The notes beneath the pieces were generated by a model. The model was not told the DNA's origin and ran no database searches. It saw only the letters and a list, made by a program, of their open reading frames with translations. Shown here piece after piece: positions 24,521 to 37,639 of a DNA stretch of 64,000 nucleotides. The position numbers and the translations under genes were made by a program. The stretch is from Takakia lepidozioides. Taxonomy: Eukaryota > Plantae > Bryophyta. The stretch lies in the NCBI GenBank assembly GCA_030704615.1, contig CM060733.1:67084001-67148000 (forward strand), given 5' to 3'. The number at the start of each line of letters is the position of its first letter. The stretch's first letter is position 1.

Positions 24521-25290
24521 TTCTAGCGACGACTGAAGGTCGGAAGCTAGTTTAGCGTAGAGCAGGTATAGGGTGCCATAGTGCCACATCATCATCATCA
24601 CGTTTTGTAGCCACCTGTTGTCGCCACATCATCATCGTCAAAGTTTTTGGATACTGCCCGAAATGCCCGAAGACTACCGCTAAAGGTGTCTTGCAGTGCG
24701 GGGAAGGGATGATGTCCCCGTATCCTTGAGCGCGGAGCAGATGGAGACAGGAGCTGTTGCAGCTAGAATTTGCACAATAGTGGGACAACCGCAATCGCAA
24801 GGTGTCGCTTTTCCTTAATGTACGATATAAAGAAGTTTGTCCATCTTGCAAATGTGGGCTGTCCTTGGGACAGTCAGCTTGGTCTTAGCAGACCGTGTTT
24901 CAATCTCTGCCTGCTCAGCTGCACCGTGGTGGTTCTCACAGACCAATCTGGCATTACCTGACTACAGACACAAGCAACACACACAAGAGGTCCTTTTGGG
25001 TTGATGGTCGGTCAAATCCTTCATGGGTCATGACACAATATCAAGGACAATGTGGTGAGGACACCTTCTTCTTCAACCTATTTCAGCCTATTTTGCCCTC
25101 TCATCATACTCGGTCATGAGATGCATATTGAATTGTCAAGGACAATGTGGTGAGGGCACCTTCTTCTTCGACCTATTTCAGCTTGTTTTACCCTTAGATT
25201 CATATTGAATTCTGTAAGTTAGCTCATTGCACAACCTTTTTTTTACAGATAACAGAGACGAGGAGAAGCTCTGGAATGCATACGTCTCCC
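24521..25290 (+). pseudogene. OSB-PDF gene fragment copy B plus shared upstream block
   Basis: High similarity to 5091-5900; TNLALPDYRHKQHTQEV/FWVDGRSNPSWVMTQ; internal duplication of about 70 bp at 25135-25210. Confidence 0.7.
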
Positions 25291-26073
25291 TATATGTAGA
25301 TTTTGCTTGTCACACTTAGGCTCAGCACACTTAGGTCAGTTTGTCTGTCTGACTGCTTGGGTAATTGCGGGGCAGATGTGAGAGGCAGAGTAGGGAGTGG
25401 CATGGAACAACCATGAGAGCAAAACCAAGTAAAGGCGAAAAAGAACATGAAGAAGGACATTCACAAGGATGCTAAAACAAACAAAACAAAGCCAATCCAC
25501 TAGAAGCATTCGTGTCTTTTCCGAATCGACTGCATGTCCAAAACCACTAAGGGACCAACTTTGAGATGTTTGTTACTACTGCACAGTCGTAACGGATAAA
25601 TTCGCATTTCTAATGGCGGATAGAAGTTGCATCAATGACTCCCAGTCGGCGCAATATTCGCGGCGATTTAATTCAATTACGTAAATTGTTTTTTTTTTTT
25701 AAACAGCAATTACAAGTGGTTTTAAGCACTAGAGAATCCCGGGGGGTGCACTCTTTATAAACTGTGCGTATCACGTGCGTTCGTCGCCTAATAAAAAAAC
25801 CCCCTGTATACGGGTCCTTGGATAATTTATACCCCCTCTGTACATACTTTTTGAAGATTATAAAATCCCCTCCTGTAAATATACAAAAATTTACAATTTT
25901 TGGAAAGTACCCCCTTCTGTATGTATATTCTCATTTTTCATCATTAAAAATAACCCTCCAATATGTATATGTATGTTTTTATATTATATCGAATTTATTC
26001 ATTTAAAACATAATAAAATCTAACAAATTAATTAAAAAAATTATTTGCCTTTGATAAAGTTGTCAAAGACTTT

Positions 26074-29000
26074 TCAGTCATTTGCATCAAGAACATATGT
26101 GTTTGACTTGATATTGTACTTTAAACATGTTAACGCGATAATGGAATCCAAATCAACCATCATGTTATCCGGCAAATCGTACGTATAGACCCCTCCTCGA
26201 ATTTTTTGGTACCATGCTAACCCAATCTCCATATGAGAAGGACGCTCCAATAAATCAACAGAATCCCTACATTCTACAAACCGCTTATTGATTTTCTTCC
26301 GCATTCTTTGAACCCTGCCCAAATACCAAGTGCCTTTGGTTGCTCCTCTGCAGGTTTTCCCTGGTCTACCTTTCCTGTTTGTAGTTTGGATCGCAGTCTC
26401 CCCATCAACAAAAAATACAGCACAATCCGAACCCAATCCCAAGCTCGTGGCTTTGTTGTTGGTAGTTGGTTTGTTTTCTCGGCAAAACAACATCGATGCA
26501 TTTCTTACTCGTGTCAATCTATCCTTGGATAGAGTAGGGTTGCCATTGAGTTGGCTAACCAAAGTGCTTTTGAATATGGTCTTCCCGTCTACTTTGACAA
26601 ATGGAACCACTGCCTTCGATCCATCTTTCTCTTGTTCAAACTCATCAATGACAGCATCCAGAGTATGTCTCAATTCACTTTGAACAAGTACCTCTTCCGC
26701 ATGATCATCCAAAGGTTGGCTCAAAACATCCTCCATTGAATTCGAAGGCCCGCACACCAATTCATCTTCCACGACCTCATTTTGAATATGTGTGTCTGCA
26801 TTAAGAGGACAAATAGAATCTATGGCATCGACATCATCACCCTCCTCTTCCAATGCTTTTGAATAGCTCCGCCTCCATTTGTCTCTCAATTGTCCATGGC
26901 TCATTCCACCAATCCAAGTTTGTTGCTTTGTTTGGTTTCATCCCAAGTTTATGGCATAAAAGTTGCACTTCTAGAAATCCACTTTTCAAAGCCTCCACAA
27001 TGCAATCATCCGATTGGACAGTAGAAAAGTCGAAAAATCAGCAAGGGGGATACCTGGCTTCTTCTCCAAAGAAGACCCTATGTGTTCTTGTTTCTTGTGA
27101 GCTCTTGAGAACTTGGGTCCTTTTGGATTCGCCTCGAACTCGGATATGCGTGTTAATGCTCCCGCACTCTCAATCAAATCACACCCGTCATGTGTCCTCT
27201 CATTCCGTAACATACCTCCCACTTTGCTGAAGAATATTTCACACACATCTGAACCAACAAGGCTCAAAGGAACTTGCACATGATTAAACTTATCCTTGAA
27301 CAATTTGATAAGTAGAACCACGTAGTGGCATGAAATTTGTAAATCCAAGTATGCTTCCCTGCTAATGAAGAAGGATTTCAGATTATACACCTCGTGGTGG
27401 AATAGCCACAACTTCCACAATCTGAAAAAAAATGATACCTTCGCAGCAGATTGTACCCTCTCACACAATGACATGTGAGGAGACAAAAAAATGTCGATGT
27501 AGCATGAAATGATGTATAGGTAAATTTCAGTACCTTTGGTCCTCTCTCTTCGATGATTCACAGTTGATTGTAACTCCCTCAAACAAGCTTGCACCTTCCG
27601 AGCTGCCAGTCGTTGAGCTGCTGCCCAATTCTGTCGATCTTCTCTTTTGATATCACATTCCCGAAGTCCATGCTTGTCCACTGAAAATGAATGGTAGACC
27701 AATAACACATGATTCAATGTAGCAACCTCATCACCCAATACCAAAGTCCGTGATGCATTGTCCAAGGGATTTACCAATTTTTTCCCATTGTGGATGAAGT
27801 CCTGATCATGGAGTCCGTATATATCTCCCCCGTTGCACACTCGACCTGTAAACAACCATCCTTCCCAAGGGATGCAAAATCTACTTCCAGCCCCATTGGC
27901 ATAATCTTCTAACATCACTTTTCTCCTCCTACTATCTCCGTCTGAAGCATGCCCAATTATAGGCCCAACCACGTCCCTCACATATTTGTCCCACAACTGT
28001 CTCACCACTTCCCATTGTGATCTCACAAAATTGTTGTCAAATCTATTGCAAGTGAGCTGGATTACCAATATCAATCGAGGTAACCGTACATGTAGAGGAT
28101 TTGCTATCAACACTCTAGCATAATGGGCAACCACATTGTTTTTGAATGGCTCCACAATATGTTTGTACCCTGATTCCCCTTCTCCCACTTGCACCACAAA
28201 ATTTGAAATACATACATGGTTGTCTTGAAGCCCACAAAACCCGAGAAGGGTGTCATCCCTAGCAATCCAACGTACCAATCGCTTCACAACAGTTTCATCT
28301 CCGGCCACCATCACTGGGATGCTTCCCAATGGAATATTTGCATCTTCCATCACATCTCTGTAAATTCCAGCCACATGCTGAAATATATCATCCGTTTCTC
28401 CCGCTCTATACTTCAAACCTTTCCTCAAAGACCGTCTTGTAGTATCAATAGAAGGACCCCCACATTTGAAGCCAAAAAATGATGCAATCTCGGACCCCCC
28501 CAAAGCTGCACAGTCTCAAACATTGTTTTTGTGCTAGTACCATACCTCTTCCCTTGTGGAGACCTGTCAATATTCTTGCCCATATCAACAAGAAAATCCC
28601 ACAAACTTTCTTTTCCTTCAAAATCCCCCCTTCTATGTGCATCAACAAATATCACGACAAAATTTGAGAACATCTCCTCTTTCAATTGCCTCAATCCCAG
28701 ACTCCTTCAAACTCCTACATCGCACAGACAAGGATGCCACTTTGGTCCTGGCCTCCCACAATTTGAACCTCAACTGCCTCAACTCCTGTCTGTTTTTGTA
28801 AACTTGTTTGACAATCTCCGCATTTCCAAGATATGACAACCTTCTTCCTTTGCCAGTATTTCTCTCCCCTCTACATTCCATGGCACCTCTTTCTCTATAT
28901 ACCCTCATTCTGAAGTCATTTTCCAAGGGAATGGAAGAACATGCTGAACATCTCAAGTTTGGAAATGGCTCCCCATCCAATGACACTCTAAAACAATCCG

Positions 29001-29607
29001 CGTGCCGAAACGTACCAACAACCTTATGCTCTTGATTGTTTAGAGTGATGGTTGCATTTGTCAACGGCTCGACATACCACTTCTTTCCTCCCTTGCTATC
29101 TTGAAGGAATGGTTTCAGACTTATTCTCTGCTGGTTGTACTCCCACCATTCATCCCATAGGCCCCAACACAAACTGTCTCTTCCTTTGTTGCATTGGGAC
29201 CTTTGCTGTAATTGTCAATCCTCGATCAGATCTCCCCGTTGGGCAGCGTCAACACAAGCGTATGGAGTTTGTGACGAGGATGCTTCCATTGTTGATGCCA
29301 CAATTGGATTGTCAAGTGGTGGGGACGGCAACACAGGTTGACTGACCAAGAAAGAGCTTAGATCCCGTTGCTTTACATCTTTGGCAATCATAGGCTTTGG
29401 ATGCCTTCCTCTCTTTTTGCAAGGTCCTTCACTACTTTCAACCTTCTGGCAAATCTCTGCATCGACATGAGTTTTTCCTTTCACATGCTCTGTTAAAGAA
29501 GATTGCAAAGAACCTGTCCTTGGAAACAAGAGTAGCCACTTCGAATCAAGTGGGCACCTAATCCTTATGGAACCCAATTGCGAATAGTCTCCAATTGTGG
29601 CTTCCAC
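26074..29607 (-). pseudogene. P-like DDE transposase, frameshifted into at least 5 ORFs
   Basis: DETVV..LLGFCG, GHASDGD, DQDFIHNGKKLVN (DxxH), DRQN, SDVCEIFFSKV follow the P/THAP9 motif order; N-terminal Cys/His zinc-binding segments. Confidence 0.72.
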
Positions 29608-29639
29608 AAAGCTCTGGGGCTCACTAAATTTTCCACTGC

Positions 29640-30451
29640 ACAGGGGTCAACTCTGAGGTTAAGAAAACCATGCTTTCTCGCGTTAGTAGACCTGCCTTGG
29701 AGTACGGATCTGCTATATGGGTTGATAACTCCAACCAGGCTAAGTCTCTAGAATCCATTCAAGTGGGGGCGCTTAAGGAGTGTATGTCAGCATGCTCCAA
29801 AACAGCCAATGTGGCTGTTCGGGGTGAGTTTGGCATTCCATCCTTAAGCTCCCGACGAGATGAAATCAAGGTCAGATGGTGGGGTCAGCTGCAACATATG
29901 CCCAACACCAGATATCCTAAGTTAATCGACTGTATATCTTGGAAACCCTAAACCATGTCAAACAGGCGAAGTCCTGGCAGAAGAGAGTAGAAAAGATTCT
30001 CAAGGACCTTGACCTGGATCCGCAAGTCTTGACCCTGCTGGATAAATCTGACTTAGAGGCTGTAGTGTCTGAAGCCCATGTCTGTTGCCATGAGATTGTC
30101 TGATGAAAATGAAGTTAGGCAGAGAACTTCCCTGAACTTGTTCCAGTCAGTGACATGGGGGTGGACATCTTGGATGACCTCAAGGGTCTACCCACTCTCG
30201 GCACTAGACTGAAATTTAAACTCAGGGCAGGAAGCCTACCTTTGAACAGCAAACAGAAGCAGAGAGGAAAGGGAGAGTGCAATTGTCCGTTGTGTGGGCA
30301 ACCTGAAGACAGTATTTGTTTTCTGATACACTGTCCGGGGTTCTCTCACCAAAGAGACGCTCTCTTCAATTCTATCAAGGGAATTGTGCATATACCCCTG
30401 TTTACCAACTTTGAAAGTCTCGAGGCTGAGGATAGGTGGAGAGGCGCATAG
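29640..30451 (+). mobile_element. 3' fragment of non-LTR retrotransposon (RT thumb + CCHC) nested in the P-like element
   Basis: RPALEYGSAIW..LESIQ..AVRGEFG..RYPK; KFKLRAG..CPLC..ED..FLIHC. Confidence 0.75.
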
Positions 30452-31399
30452 GAACAGAACGAAAGAAAAGCAATCAGTTTGGACATACCTGAATCAAAAC
30501 CCAAACCCGATGACCAAACTTAGGACCAGCAGGTGCTACCAGACGCCATTGAGAGATAGCGACCAGGTTTCTCAGGAGCCACAAGATGAACTGAAGCTTC
30601 TGTCTCAGCCTCCGGAGCCAGGCATGCTTAGGCCATGGAAGGGTGCCACTATTCCGCAAACGCCAAATCTTGGTAGAATGCGATTGTACTTCACAATGGC
30701 TGCGGGAAGCTCAAAGATCTTATGGGATAAGAGGAAAAAAGAAACAAGAAAGAGAGGGGGTCACAAAGCTCATGGCATGCTAAGACCATGCTGACACGGA
30801 AGGGGTGCGGGGGAGGAGGGAAAAGAGAGCCCGTGGGAGACAGATCGCGGGGAGAAAAGAAAAAAAAGAAAAGCAAAAAAACAATGTATCGCGATTTGAT
30901 CCCGCGATGTGTCACGCCACGTTCTACGCCCTTACCACTAGACTACTCCTAAAACTTAGTAACCCCCTCCTGTAAGATTATATTTAAGGTGATATAAACC
31001 CCCCTCTATATGTATAATGTTGTACATGGAGGGGTTTAAAATACCCCCTCCTGTGCACGCACGTGGCTGGTACATATTGGCTGGAGTGCACCCCCCGGGT
31101 AGAGAACGACTCTTAACAACTAGGCATTCATTGCACACCCTATTCAAAAATGGAATTTTTATAAGTGCTCCACATGGCTCATGACGTGGAATATTTTAAT
31201 GTATTTTAGGGCTTGTGTGGCTCGTAGATATTGTTCTAATCGTCGGATGTAAAATGATCTAAGGGTGGAAGAGTAACTTTGTCCTTTGCCTGAATTTGTC
31301 TAAGTGTTGGGAGAGGGATGGAGGCTTGAGAGAGAGACGAGCAAGTTATACGAGAAGGACGAAGACCAAATCGAGGCCCATGTCATGTTGTTGCAAGCG

Positions 31400-32520
31400 T
31401 TTATGGCGTCAAGGGCGCATTATGTGCAAATATGGGCTCTTGGCTCCCCTTTGTACCATGATTTGGTATTCTTCTTGATGATCACAAGGTTCTTGGGGGA
31501 ATCAGCTTGGTCTTAGCAGCCCATATTTAATCTCTGCCCGCTCAGCTGCACCGTGGTGGTTCTTACAAACCAATCCCACATTACCTGACTACAGATACAA
31601 GCAGCACGCACAAGAGGTCTTCTTGGGTTCATGGTCAGTCTAATCCGCAATGGGTCATGACACAAGGTAGAGGACAATGTGGTGAGGGCAGCGTCTTCTT
31701 CGAGCTATTTCAGCCCGTTTTGCCGAGATGTAGTGTCGTGGAGTGCGATGCTTGCAGGGTATGCACAGCAGGGACGTGGGATGGAGGCTTTGGAGACCTA
31801 TGAAGTTGCGAAGGGAGAGTTTGATAACATGGCTGAACAAGATGTTGTCTCAAGGAACACGCTGAATCTCGCAAGATATGGCCAGCATGTGCGCAGGATG
31901 AGGGCATTGGAGACATATGAGCAAATGTTGCGAGAAGGGGTGCAGCCTGACTGGGTCACGTTCATTTGTGTTTGCAATGCATGTGCAAACCTGGCAGCCC
32001 TGGAGACTTGGTAAAGGGCAAAGAGGTCCATCGTGACATCGTCAAAGCTGGAACTATACCAGATGTAACAATACCTCGTCGACATGTATGCCAAACATGG
32101 GAGCATTCCCTTGTGGACAAGGAGTGTACAACAATATGGCTGAGTGAAATGTGGTGTGGTGGAATGTGATGATCGCAGGACATGCACAACATGGGCGGGG
32201 ATTGCGGGTTTTGGAGACCTATGAGCAAATGATGTGGGTCTAGGGGGTGAAGCCCGAGCACATTACGTTTGTTTGTGTTTGTAGTGCATGTACGAGCCTG
32301 TTGGAGAAGGGCAAAGAGGTCCATGGTTGCATCGTCAAAGATGGAATTGTGGTAGATGTCATTCTGAACATGAATACCCTTCTGGATAGGGAGTGATCAA
32401 CAATATGGCTGAGCAAAATGTGGTGTCGTGGAAAGTGATGATCGCAAGACATGCACAACCGGGGCGGGGATTGCAGGTTTTGGAGACCTATGAGCAGTTG
32501 ATGTGGGAGGGGTTCACCGC
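31400..32520 (+). pseudogene. PDF-motif fragment (copy C) followed by PLS-class PPR repeats
   Basis: TNPTLPDYRYKQHAQEV at about 31570, then RDVVSWSAMLAGYAQQG..EALETYEQM..GVQPDWVTFICVCNACA; many frameshifts. Confidence 0.85.
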
Positions 32521-33589
32521 AAGTTGAAGAAGGAGTATTCTTAAAACATGGGTACTCATAATCTGAAAATGGCTCCAGCTTATGTTGCTTGAGTGCGAAT
32601 ATGAGTGTGGTTGGCTTGGCAGCTTTACATCTGGTCCATCCCACTCGATATGATGAACAGGTTCAGCTTGACTTCTCTCACACAAAAGACGCGGCCAAGA
32701 TGGGGTTTGCTGCCCTACCGTCATTGTTCTGGGGTGCAACATACAATTAATCTGGCCCATGGCGAGGGGCCTTGCCTTCCACCAATCATCTGTAAGTCCT
32801 GTGAAACTGTTTTTGTGGCAGTTTGTAAGCAGTGGGTAGCGATGATGGGCTGTTGTAGGATTTGATGAACTCAATGTCGTGTACTGACAGCAACCCCTCA
32901 TCTCTTATGCAAGCATTCAACAAGCCAAGTTGACTGCAGAGCATATTCAGCCCCCCACGTTTCTAGTTGCCTAATGTTCTTCATCTCCTAGGCAGAGCAT
33001 TTTCCAGGGTCTCCATCTGTGATGACACACTATCTTCTCATGTGGTTCAGCTTTTGGTCTTGCTCTTGTTTGCACCACCCCAATGAAGGGCAGTTCCCAC
33101 CTGCTTGATTCTCTCCATATGGTTGTCTTGGCAGGGTTTCCCACAACCGCCTTTCCTTTTCAGACTGCCAGTCATCAGCCTCGTTCTCCAATGCTTCACT
33201 TTCTTCCCAAGTGAAGTGCTCTCCTCTTTTATGCTTCAGCGTCCCTGCAGGTGTCTTTTCCTTCATCTCCCGTGGTGCTTTCAAATGAATGAGCACTGAT
33301 TTGCATCTGTTGGCAACACTTACGGTGTCCCTTTCCTTGCATGCCACTGCAGGCCCGTCATTGACTTTCTTGGCAGGGAAGTCTCCTCCTTCTCCCTCAT
33401 TTTCTGGCTCTGTTGGTGCCCCACTCACCATGCTATCAGGGCTGCATTTATTTCGTGGTGTTGCGCCAGCCAAGGGCGATCTTTCATTGGTCCGATTGTT
33501 GGCAACAGCTGATTGGAGTCTTCTTGGCAAAGTCTCCCGCGAGCTCCCATCAGTTTCAGGCATGAGGTTTTCTACCCTGGAAGACCAGT

Positions 33590-36466
33590 AGCACGAAAAT
33601 TGCTGATGGTGTTCGTGTACGATATGTCCTCTGTGCGGGGAAGCTGAGGTGCAATCTGCGAGATGAAAGGGGAGGACACACAATCGGAGATGCATCTGTG
33701 GGAGGGCATAAACGAGTAGATGGCAAGGGCGGGATTGGCAAAGCCCAATTTCAGGGGATTCATGGCAGACAACGCTCAGGCCAACTGGGCAGCGGTGCGG
33801 CGTGTGTACGGTGATGACCCCAATGTTCCAATGGAGGGGAAAGAGAGATCCTGTGGATTCCATTGGATGGAGAGTCTATCTCACTACACTACCAAATTTG
33901 TTGCTAGCTCATTTCAAGCTGAACACCGTGTCTTTTGTACGGCGTGGAAGGATGCACCCACATTCGATGACGCGGAGGTTAAGTTTGCTATCATCGAGGC
34001 TTGGTGGAACACGTCAGGTGCAGTGGAGACAACCAATCTGGGAGCCTTGCACAGCTGGTTGGGGTGGTGGCATTTCCGGTATTGACAGTTTGGACAGTAC
34101 ATGCGGGAGGTATGATGCTGTCATTTTCGTGCAATTGTCTTTCTATTACGGACCTTTCCATTGGTCCCTCACCATTGTTTGTGTCCTTGTAAGAGCGGTG
34201 CTTGGATTCCGACACAGACATGCCGAACACGAATATGGCAGAATCAGTCCACTCCTCTTGGCGAGCGTTTTCTGCCGCACATCTGGTGGACGTAGTGACG
34301 GCCACAACGGAGGACATCGACAGAGCAATCATGCAGCAAGCCACGTACTACAAGTTCCTGAGCGGGAAACAATGGGGCTTTGGGCCGGACAGGGAGGAAT
34401 TGTTGGTACAAACAGCTTTGAGGTCGAAGAATCCACTGAAATGGACGACAACATTGCGAGAGAAGATCAAAGGGACGCCTCTGCACCGCAGAGGTGAACA
34501 CCTAGAGGGGGACGTCCGTACTTGCCCTGTGAGGCAAAGGATTGAAGAGGAACCCAAGTGCGAAGAGGATTCCTGGAGATCCGACAAGAACATTCGGACA
34601 GCACCTCGAGGTCCCGTCATGTTGCCACACAATGTGTCTTCCAGCAGTGGAAGCCCAAGAAATTCCAGATCGCCATCGCCTTCAAGCGGGGATTCCGTGC
34701 GAGAAATTCCCACCGCTCGCTTGCCCCAGATTTCGCCCGCTATTATGCAGTATGGCCAAGCCATTGTGGAGACGACTGTGTCTGCGTCACAGTGGAGAAT
34801 TGCACAAAGCCGTCGTTTCGAGGCAGGTATTCCGCAATTTGAGTGGATACACGGCAACGTTGTTTAGAGATGATAAGGAGGAATCCAGATGGGGCTGTCC
34901 CTGCTCCTACTTTTACAGGAAGATTTGTCCATGCAAAGTTTGCGGAGGCGACAACCACCCAGTTTTGGTTCTGCAGGCATGGCATTATGACTTGCGTATA
35001 TGGAAAACCCAAGTACGGCATACAAACAATGCCAGAGGCTCCCCCGGTGTGGCCGGTGGAACCAGGCTACGATCTGAGTCAGGTTGAGGCTGACGCCCTT
35101 ACTGCCGCAGGATTTCGGATGGTGCAGCGCACTGACGTCCCCAGACAACCATTTCCGCTTCCACAGCCTCCACCACCGACCCCTGTGAGAGCAAGAACAA
35201 TGGGATGCGACAGCTCTAAGCATCCTACACACCGTTGGGGGAAACCGAAGAGGCAGCGACCTCCCTCAAAAGTGAACGAGACAAGGATGGGGAATGCACT
35301 TCGGATGAACTGTACAATCCAGAGCTCGACAAAAGTGCCCCCACCAGGCTTCGGGCGTGTGTATCAGATGGCCACGGCAGGCTCAGCTGTTCACAATGAG
35401 GTGTACACCATCACCATTTCAGAATTACCCACCTGCAATTGCACCGACTTCCAGATCATGGCGAACAAAGGAGCATCATACTGCCCTTGCAAGCATCTGT
35501 ACTACGTGTACCTAAAGAGACTCCGGTGCAATTCCACAACTCATCACTTCATACATGCACCAGGGTTGAGCCCCCAAGAGGTGCACACTCTTCTGAATAT
35601 GGATCCAGGGGACCAGTGAGCTTGGCTTGCGGTCCCAACACAATGGTACGCCCATCCTTTTCGGATAGTAGAACTGTACTGCTGCAAGTAGCTCTAACTC
35701 TGGCCACAAAAAGGTCCGACTTATGTCTTGCCTACCAGTAACCTGTTTTGTTCGAACTAAGATAATACTATGTCATTCACTTGTGTTTCCACGTGCATGT
35801 ATTTTTGTGTGTTGGAGGGTTCCTGTTTTTCTGCTCTCCCAAACTTTGCTTTCCTCATTCGATCCCCGGCAAGGAAATGCGGCGCCGCATTTCCAAGTAA
35901 CGTCGTAGGTACTGGTAGATGCGGCCTTCGCCAACACCAAACCGCCTAGAAATTTCGCACGTGCGAACCCTAATGCGGCACCGCATTTCCCAGTTGAGTC
36001 GCAAACCTTTCCCGCCGAATACCCGAAGAATGACAGAATTGTGAAGTACTGCAGACTCTATTGGTGTAGACTCTATTGGTTCAATTGCGGCATAAGGGTC
36101 ACCTTCATTCCAATGTTAAGGCATGTAAAACCGCGGAATACTCTATACAGGCCAGTATGCGACGTCCTTTTGCCGTGGTATACTGGATTTCTCGTTGCAC
36201 AGTCACTCATTTCCATGAGCGGATCTAAAAAACCATGAGCGGACTTGTTACTGACGACATATCTTCGCCGCATTACAGGATGTGGAACTTCCAAAAACGG
36301 CAAGGTCAAATAAAAAACTATTATTTTAATACTTGTTTAATCTGCCGCATTTCCAAATTCGGAGGAGTCCGCTCATGAAATCCGCATGTCTTAGACTTCG
36401 GCTCATGCGGCTCATGCGGCTCATGGCTCATGGCTCATGGTTTCTGCTCATGAAATAGTAAACCTC
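33590..36466 (+). mobile_element. Mutator-like (MULE) element, 3' half: DDE transposase + SWIM + right TIR
   Basis: FMADNAQANW..SCGFHW, spliced PNTNMAESVH (catalytic E), SWIM TCNCTDF..CPCKHL; CATGAGC subterminal repeats; terminus CTCATGAAATAGTAAACCTC at 36466; stops and an internal deletion. Confidence 0.85.
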
Positions 36467-36651
36467 AAAGAGAGAACTCCGCAACGAAGTTAATCCAGAG
36501 CCGACCCCATCAATGAAGATGAGCGAGAACCGGGTTGTTCACAACCTGTCCGACTCGGACGAGGTCATGGAAGTTCCAAGATCATCCTGGAGATCAGGCA
36601 AGTCCTCAGTGGACATTAGCGGACGAGGGAGTCAAATTACAAGGGAAGCAC

Positions 36652-36891
36652 ATCGGCTGGTAGCTCAGCTGGTAAGTGCACAATGTGTCGCCTTGGTGGT
36701 TCGGGGGTCAAACCCGCTGCCCTGCCCCGTGTATGGATTGTTCGTGGCGTTCTGTCTGGATGTTATCATCCTTTGTGCCTCCATGGCCATAAATGAAGGG
36801 GGGTTATTTTTTCCCCCCTCCTCAAGGGCCTGAATTGTGGGCTGTCGCTCCCAGACTTCCTTTTTATTTTATTTTATTTATAAAAAAAATT
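36652..36891 (+). mobile_element. tRNA-derived SINE (family 2)
   Basis: TAGCTCAGCTGG A box, GGGTCAAACCC B-box-like, T/A-rich tail, TSD AAGGGAAGCAC/AAGGGAAACAC (36641-36651 / 36892-36902). Confidence 0.75.
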
Positions 36892-37187
36892 AAGGGAAAC
36901 ACCTTGGAGCGATAGCTCACAAATCAGGCCCCTTAATAGTGAGAGGAGAAAATAAACTCTTTCACAGTAACCGCGCCATGGAGGCTGAGAAATGGGACAC
37001 CACCCAGTGAAGGGGGAGAAATGTATACCACACCCATCAAGAAGTAGGATTTGACCCCAAAATCATTTGGGCAGCACTCAATGCACTTTACCAATTGAGA
37101 GCATCTCCACGGTGTCACGGTACCCGCCCAAAAACACCAATGTAGCGTGGCGGGGTCCTAAAAAGCCGCACAGGTTGTTCCACGGTT

Positions 37188-37283
37188 GCCTCAGCCCGGT
37201 AGAATTGCTGTAGGCCCCGCCTCAAATCTGCCTCCCTCAGCCCGGTAGAATTGCTGTAGGCCCCGCTTCAAATCTGCCTCCCG
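37188..37283. repeat. Tandem duplication of about 47 bp
   Basis: CCTCAGCCCGGTAGAATTGCTGTAGGCCCCGC.TCAAATCTGCCTCC x2. Confidence 0.85.
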
Positions 37284-37639
37284 CACGCTACTTTTGCCAA
37301 ACATACAGGGACCCCGCCAACCAATGTACATTAAATTTGTGAGGTCAAGAGATATAATATCAGCGGTCAACGCTCCAAGATTGTGATCGGGCGGTGGGCC
37401 TGCCTCGGGGCTATCTCTGCCGCGTCTGCTACCGTCCCAACTGTGGAGCGCCAACCAAACCATCCTTGTAAAAAATACCGTCACCCCCTTAAACATGGTA
37501 TATAACGTTTGACGGGCCCTGCTCACCATATAGATGCTCTGAGCTACTGACTTGGTGGCTTCCTTTTGTTTTTTTCTTAATAAATAAATGCTAGCCAACT
37601 GACCATTGCTCCCTCGTCTGGTTTCTTTATAGCACCTGA

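Larger units (their letters stand above)
25738..31099 (-). mobile_element. P-element/THAP9-like DNA transposon with TIRs and TSD (transposase frameshifted)
   Basis: Perfect 16-bp TIR CCCGGGGGGTGCACTC; flanks TAGAGAAT / TAGAGAAC (8 bp, 1 mismatch); transposase pieces on the minus strand. Confidence 0.8.

Noticed and set aside
33030-33863. 277-aa minus-strand ORF as a gene
   Set aside because: Its first third is antisense to the MULE transposase and the rest is low-complexity with no recognisable domain; it spans a junction.
36652-36730. tRNA gene
   Set aside because: A and B boxes are present, but there is no proper cloverleaf, and a body, tail and TSD follow, so it is a SINE. The same applies to the heads at about 18250 and 61030.
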